Below, piece by piece: positions 45,710 to 46,182 of a stretch of DNA of 46,182 nt. A program made the translations under genes and the position numbers. Under the pieces are notes generated by a model. That model made no database searches, was not told where the DNA came from, and saw only the letters and a program-made list of their open reading frames with translations. Origin of the DNA: a virus (Duplodnaviria > Caudoviricetes); IMG/VR virus record IMGVR_UViG_3300027419_000049, positions 1-46,182 of that record. One strand, written 5' to 3'. Position 1 is the first letter of the stretch. Every line of letters begins with the position of its first letter.

Positions 45710-46132
45710 TTAGCTAATCTTTTTCGATCCGATAGACATGTAATACATGTCATTGTCCTCATAAGTGGTTTTAAAGCCATATTCATCGTATACGTGTTTG
45801 GCTATTGAATTATCTTTTCGGACAGATAGATTTTTGACGCCTAATTTTTTAGTAGCATAATCCAAAAGCTGATAAGAGTATCCTTTACCCTTGTATTGAT
45901 CATACACCTCAAGGTCTTCAATGTTTTTTCCATCCCACCAATGAAACGTTGTAAATTTAGCCACAGGATTGCCTTTTACATCGGTCCATTTATACTGAAC
46001 CCCGGGTGTTTGGCCAAGCATAACTTTTTTAGTCTTTAAACTAAAGGTGTGGAATGTGTCAGGAGCTTTTCTAATACCCCATTTCATTCCGAGGACGCCA
46101 TAGTGCATTAACTCGTTCTCAACCTGGGTCAT
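45710..46132 (-). CDS. HYG-tag protein with GNAT acetyltransferase domain
   Basis: ELMHYGVLGMKWG; V...YKGKGYS (motif A); N..A..VY...GF (motif B). Confidence 0.85.
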   Translation of the reverse strand: MTQVENELMHYGVLGMKWGIRKAPDTFHTFSLKTKKVMLGQTPGVQYKWTDVKGNPVAKFTTFHWWDGKNIEDLEVYDQYKGKGYSYQLLDYATKKLGVKNLSVRKDNSIAKHVYDEYGFKTTYEDNDMYYMSIGSKKIS

Positions 46133-46182
46133 TAATATAGGTCCTCCTTCCTCGGAATTGTTCCCCCGGAGAATTTTTTAGG

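Noticed and set aside
1-46182. Prophage boundaries, att sites or host genes
   Set aside because: No integrase, repressor or bacterial housekeeping context; ligA and gmk lie within phage cassettes

Overview
The window is a large part of a tailed dsDNA phage genome (HK97-type head, long tape measure, siphovirus-like), with essentially all genes on the - strand. Reading from the right end: packaging and head genes (46.1-36.2 kb), tail and lysis genes (36.2-20.7 kb), an AT-rich array of promoter-payload-terminator cassettes (20.7-16.1 kb), and many small early/middle genes (16.1-0 kb). An SLH-like domain on the endolysin and a SleB-like gene suggest a Bacillota (probably clostridial) host; this is inference. 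No polymerase, helicase or integrase is visible, so the genome probably continues left of position 1. Three candidate systems stand out. (1) Five head-region genes share an N-terminal L-x-H-Y-G-x-x-G-M-x-W-G tag fused to unrelated C-terminal domains (a GNAT, an ART/RES-like domain, basic helical domains). The same hydrophobic-x-His signature recurs seven times in the protease-capsid linker, suggesting protease-matured, capsid-loaded effectors. (2) About 13 copies of a 29-bp motif (TTCGC-N5-TACA-N5-TATAATGAA) each drive a short payload; the payloads include three tRNA-mimic RNAs with remodelled anticodon regions and no CCA, plus a fourth structured RNA. (3) A long-stem, pseudoknot-capable RNA upstream of the putative small terminase displays the complement of the phage's own Shine-Dalgarno motif. 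All structures were folded by eye and all family names come from motif recognition, not database searches.
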